This document shows positions 44,321-64,000 of a stretch of DNA of 64,000 bases, piece after piece. The DNA comes from Amoebidium appalachense (lineage: Eukaryota; Protista; Ichthyosporea). Position numbers and translations under genes: made by a program. The DNA lies in the NCBI GenBank assembly GCA_963693365.1, contig CAVNZM010000009.1:9343408-9407407 (forward strand), written 5' to 3'. The notes beneath the pieces are model-generated. The model was not told the DNA's origin and ran no database searches. It saw only the letters and a list, made by a program, of their open reading frames with translations. Positions within the stretch are counted from its first letter, which is position 1; the number at the start of each line of letters is the position of its first letter.

Positions 44321-44960
44321 TTCTAAGTCTTTTGGCCCTCCCTTATGTTGTGTAGATTTGTGCTGCACGTGACTTTAATTGTGCTGCGCACCTCTAAACT
44401 TAAGTTTACCAATAGTTACGTTGTTTTGGAAAGTTTTATACATGTTCCTCCAATAATTAAAATGTTTTAATGTTTTAATGGTTTCTGCATATTTGCCGTC
44501 TTTTTAAACCATTCACAGAGCCGTAAATCGGACCAAAAATATGGATCCACGCGCCTTTTTAGTCTAGTTTTGATCTTACGAATTTGCGATTGGCTGTTTG
44601 ACCTTGTTTTGCTCTTGCCGAGACTAGATGTTTCCAATTTTTTCCGCGGCTTCGCCGAAACCGTGCATGTGCGAGTGGCCGCAGGAAAGGTGTGCCTACA
44701 GTTGAAGGAAGAAAAAAAAGCGAGAGCGAAAGAAAAAGCTAGCAATAACTGGATATAACTCGTAAATAGGATGAAAAGGCTCAGAAAAAGGGGCAGCCTG
44801 ACACAGTACTAGTACCGTATCGGAGCCACCGGCCCACCCGCAGTGCACACTAGTGACAGTGTGCCCGAGATGACAGTTTGCAGTGCGCGTGTGTGCATCG
44901 CCGACGTTGAAAAGCTTGGAAACCTGTATTAATGTGGGGGGGGGGGGGGGGGGGGGGGGG

Positions 44961-44993
<33 letters not shown>

Positions 44994-47767
44994 GTTGATA
45001 TACTGTTTAATATATCACTGACATGCATGTTAACGGTGATGAACACGTTGCTGACTCACTTAAGACGGTGTTCGAGTCTTATGAGACTTTTTACACTAGT
45101 GTTGCAATTATTTATACAGCAACAGATAGATCCTCAGCTCAAACATGACCACACAGGCTTGTGCTGACCGGTGCCCCCAATAGTCCCCTAATTCCCGGGC
45201 CCATGCAGCAAGTTTTATACACAGGCGTGCACACCACGTTTTTGTCATTTTCGTTGCGACTCTATGTCAACCTTTTTGCTCATTGTACTGTGAAGGAGCG
45301 GCTGTCTGGAATCGTGCTTTTGTGCAGAGATTTGTGAAAGCATTAATAGATGTAATGCGTAGGTTGAGCATGCATGCACTGCAAACACGTGTAAGTGGGC
45401 GGATCATCAGGCTGTTTCCAAATTCGTGTTCTCGAAGCCCGAGGCACATTTAGTCAACCCCCCCCCCCCCCCCCCCCCCCCACCGGCCCCTCCCCCAACC
45501 CACGATGACCATCGCCGCACATATACAAACCTTCCCCGCCCCCTTCAACTTCATGCCGTGATTGTCAAAGGCGGTGCTTAACTTTACGGCTTTCTGAGTG
45601 TACGTACACATGCGCTGGCGGGTTGTGAACATGGAGGGAGCAATTGGTACAACGACGTGCTTGTGTAAACGTCGTTTTCCTACCACTTTCCTGTTAAGCC
45701 AGTGTGTGTGAGCGAGCTTGCGCGAGAGAGTACCTGAGTTAGTGCTACTACGGTGCTTGTACATGTGTGTGTGTGCTGCCTGTGTGTGCGTGCTTGTCCT
45801 TGTGTGTCTGCCTGGTAACCATAACTATCCACTATGATGGGCAAACACAGGTTATTATACCACTGCGTTATGAAAGCTGTGAAACTTTTTGTGCGTGGGT
45901 GGCTGCCTGTGTATGAATAGGATGCAAAGTTCTATCCGTGTAGAGGGGACTCATGTCATATCTATTGCATGTACGAGGACCTCCCCCAAGAACAAGGGGG
46001 TATATTGTCGGGCCCATAGTTGCCGGCACGGATTCCAAAGCACTGATTCTATGTAAAAGATGTAGAAGAAAAAAGCGACTATGACACACTTAAACATTCC
46101 TCATGGCCTGCCTTTATTGCGGGTTGCTTATATTAATAAGAGCTATCTCATGATCAGTGCTTCACAGTGTGTACGTCATTTTGGCTCTGTATAAGCCATT
46201 GGTATTGGTGCCGTGGGGCTGCAGATGCAATGCTCTTAGGTGTAGGTAACCTTCGCTGCTTAAACTAACCCTTCGCATCAGACCCTACATATATAGTTAG
46301 CAAAGCGCAAACAGGAACCAACCTCCTTCTGGCCTGTCAGATTCAGTGCACGTATGCGTTTCTTGAACCTTGATGCTGTCACAGTGAACAGGACCGTGAC
46401 GTCACAAGAGTCAACGAGTCTCGTTACCGATTTGCCCCTCTCCAGAAACATCTAATCATCTTTCGTATCAAAACGGTGGCAGAGCGAAGCAAACCGGGTG
46501 ACTCCGAGTGCGCGTGCGCCTGACGCTTTAACGATTGCCGGTTGCGTATGTACGCCTCACAGTTGTATGTTTTTGTGCATTCGTGTATGATAGGGCACTG
46601 GCACACGTTCGTGTTTTTTCCCCCATCTGGTTATTTAGGTATAAGAATAGCGACCTATTGAAGAGAGTAACTGACATATGGATTGGTTTTTTAATGCTGT
46701 GCATGGATCTTTAGTGTACCGGGGGTCAAGCTGATGCTAAAGAGGTGACCAGGGGTAGGTAGACTGTCGGATACAAGAACATGTGACAACCGTATTCTGG
46801 AAACACACTGCAAGGTACGTATGTGCTAACTGGTTGTGTGGCGTAAATAGTTACTGAAAAACGAAGTTTTGCCCACCTAATAACTGTCTGTCGTTTGTTC
46901 TGTTAACTATACAGTGCCTGCACCTTACGGCTTCTAACAGTGCTACCTGTCAAGGTATACGACACACAAGGGTGATACACGTACCTTTTTCAAGCACGGG
47001 TCAACTATTCGATGTTTGTCACTGCCCACCAAGCCAAAAGCAATCACGCAGCAGATGAAAACAATATAATGAGGTTGTAACTTAGAAAGACAAGCAACCT
47101 TAAAGCAGAGATTAAAACTTACACAGCAGCCATCTGGCCCCCCGTCACCTGTTTTTGCGCTTTTGTTGTTTGCTGCTCGGGCTCATCAAACACTTACAAA
47201 TTTCAGAGAACCGTAGACTAATATCTGGGGAATCTTGCTTGTTTGTTAACGGTCGTACACTGTTGGGCTGCTATAGATGGTAACACTAACACGTACATCG
47301 TCACTCTGCATTGAAAGGAATGGATAAAGTTTGTGCCGAGGGCCGCTGTGCATACTGTAGAGAAAGCCAGTGACTAGGATAGCATTAAATATGTATTTAC
47401 CATGTTAATGTCTTGTTAAGCTCAGGGTAACCAGCACTTTCCCCCTCTTTGCATTTACAAGGAACGGAATTACAACTACACAGCCGTTCAGCTATTCGCT
47501 CTCGTTTCCACAGGTACTGTTATGGTTTTTTTTTGACCAGGCTTTTTATGTTAACTCGATGGTTTATAGAGTGAATGGACGTACGTGTCGGCGTAGCTCT
47601 GAAGGTTTTTTTGAGAGTTTTCAGGTGAGCACTAAAAATTGATTCTTCATCTGAAACACACAGGTTTGAGCAAAGGATATGAAGACCGAGAACTAATCGC
47701 TCTGTGATTGCAGACACACACCAAGCAAATACGGGTATGCCCACACGAACATGGGTTGTGACCTCCC

Positions 47768-64000
<16,233 letters not shown>

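Noticed and set aside
29830-46404. TGACGTCA (CRE-like) sites at 29830, 43052 and 46397 as promoter elements
   Set aside because: The octamer also occurs in exons, MITEs and the helicase fragment, so position alone does not support function.

Overview
This is a eukaryotic, intron-rich window full of simple repeats (poly-C/G, (CA)n, (CT)n). It is most like a unicellular opisthokont or holozoan; that assignment is an inference from gene content and intron style. Most ORF-track entries are low-complexity noise. Three multi-exon + strand genes are supported: the 3' two-thirds of a UBR1/UBR2-type N-recognin E3 ligase (~452-20434), a Zn-finger/SDR oxidoreductase (29970-38544), and an NCoR/SMRT/Snt1-type two-SANT corepressor (47768 to beyond 64000) with an intronic tRNA-Ile(AAT). 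There is also an intronless orphan ORF (42115-42519, -) and several MITE-like elements. The most unusual region is 21.9-26.8 kb. It holds a Helitron-type PIF1 helicase split over both strands, a tandem OB-fold (SSB-like) gene apparently separated from its acidic tail, a perfect 92-bp inverted repeat around the pieces, and an adjacent 354-bp tandem repeat. The pieces reassemble into one collinear helicase-then-SSB-like unit, as if a head-to-head dimer had undergone complementary deletions. A second theme is intron architecture: many 3' splice sites are preceded by (CA)n rather than a polypyrimidine tract, and some introns carry complementary GT/G and CA/C tracts. Apparent frameshifts in G-runs suggest homopolymer errors in the assembly. 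Exon boundaries were read by eye.
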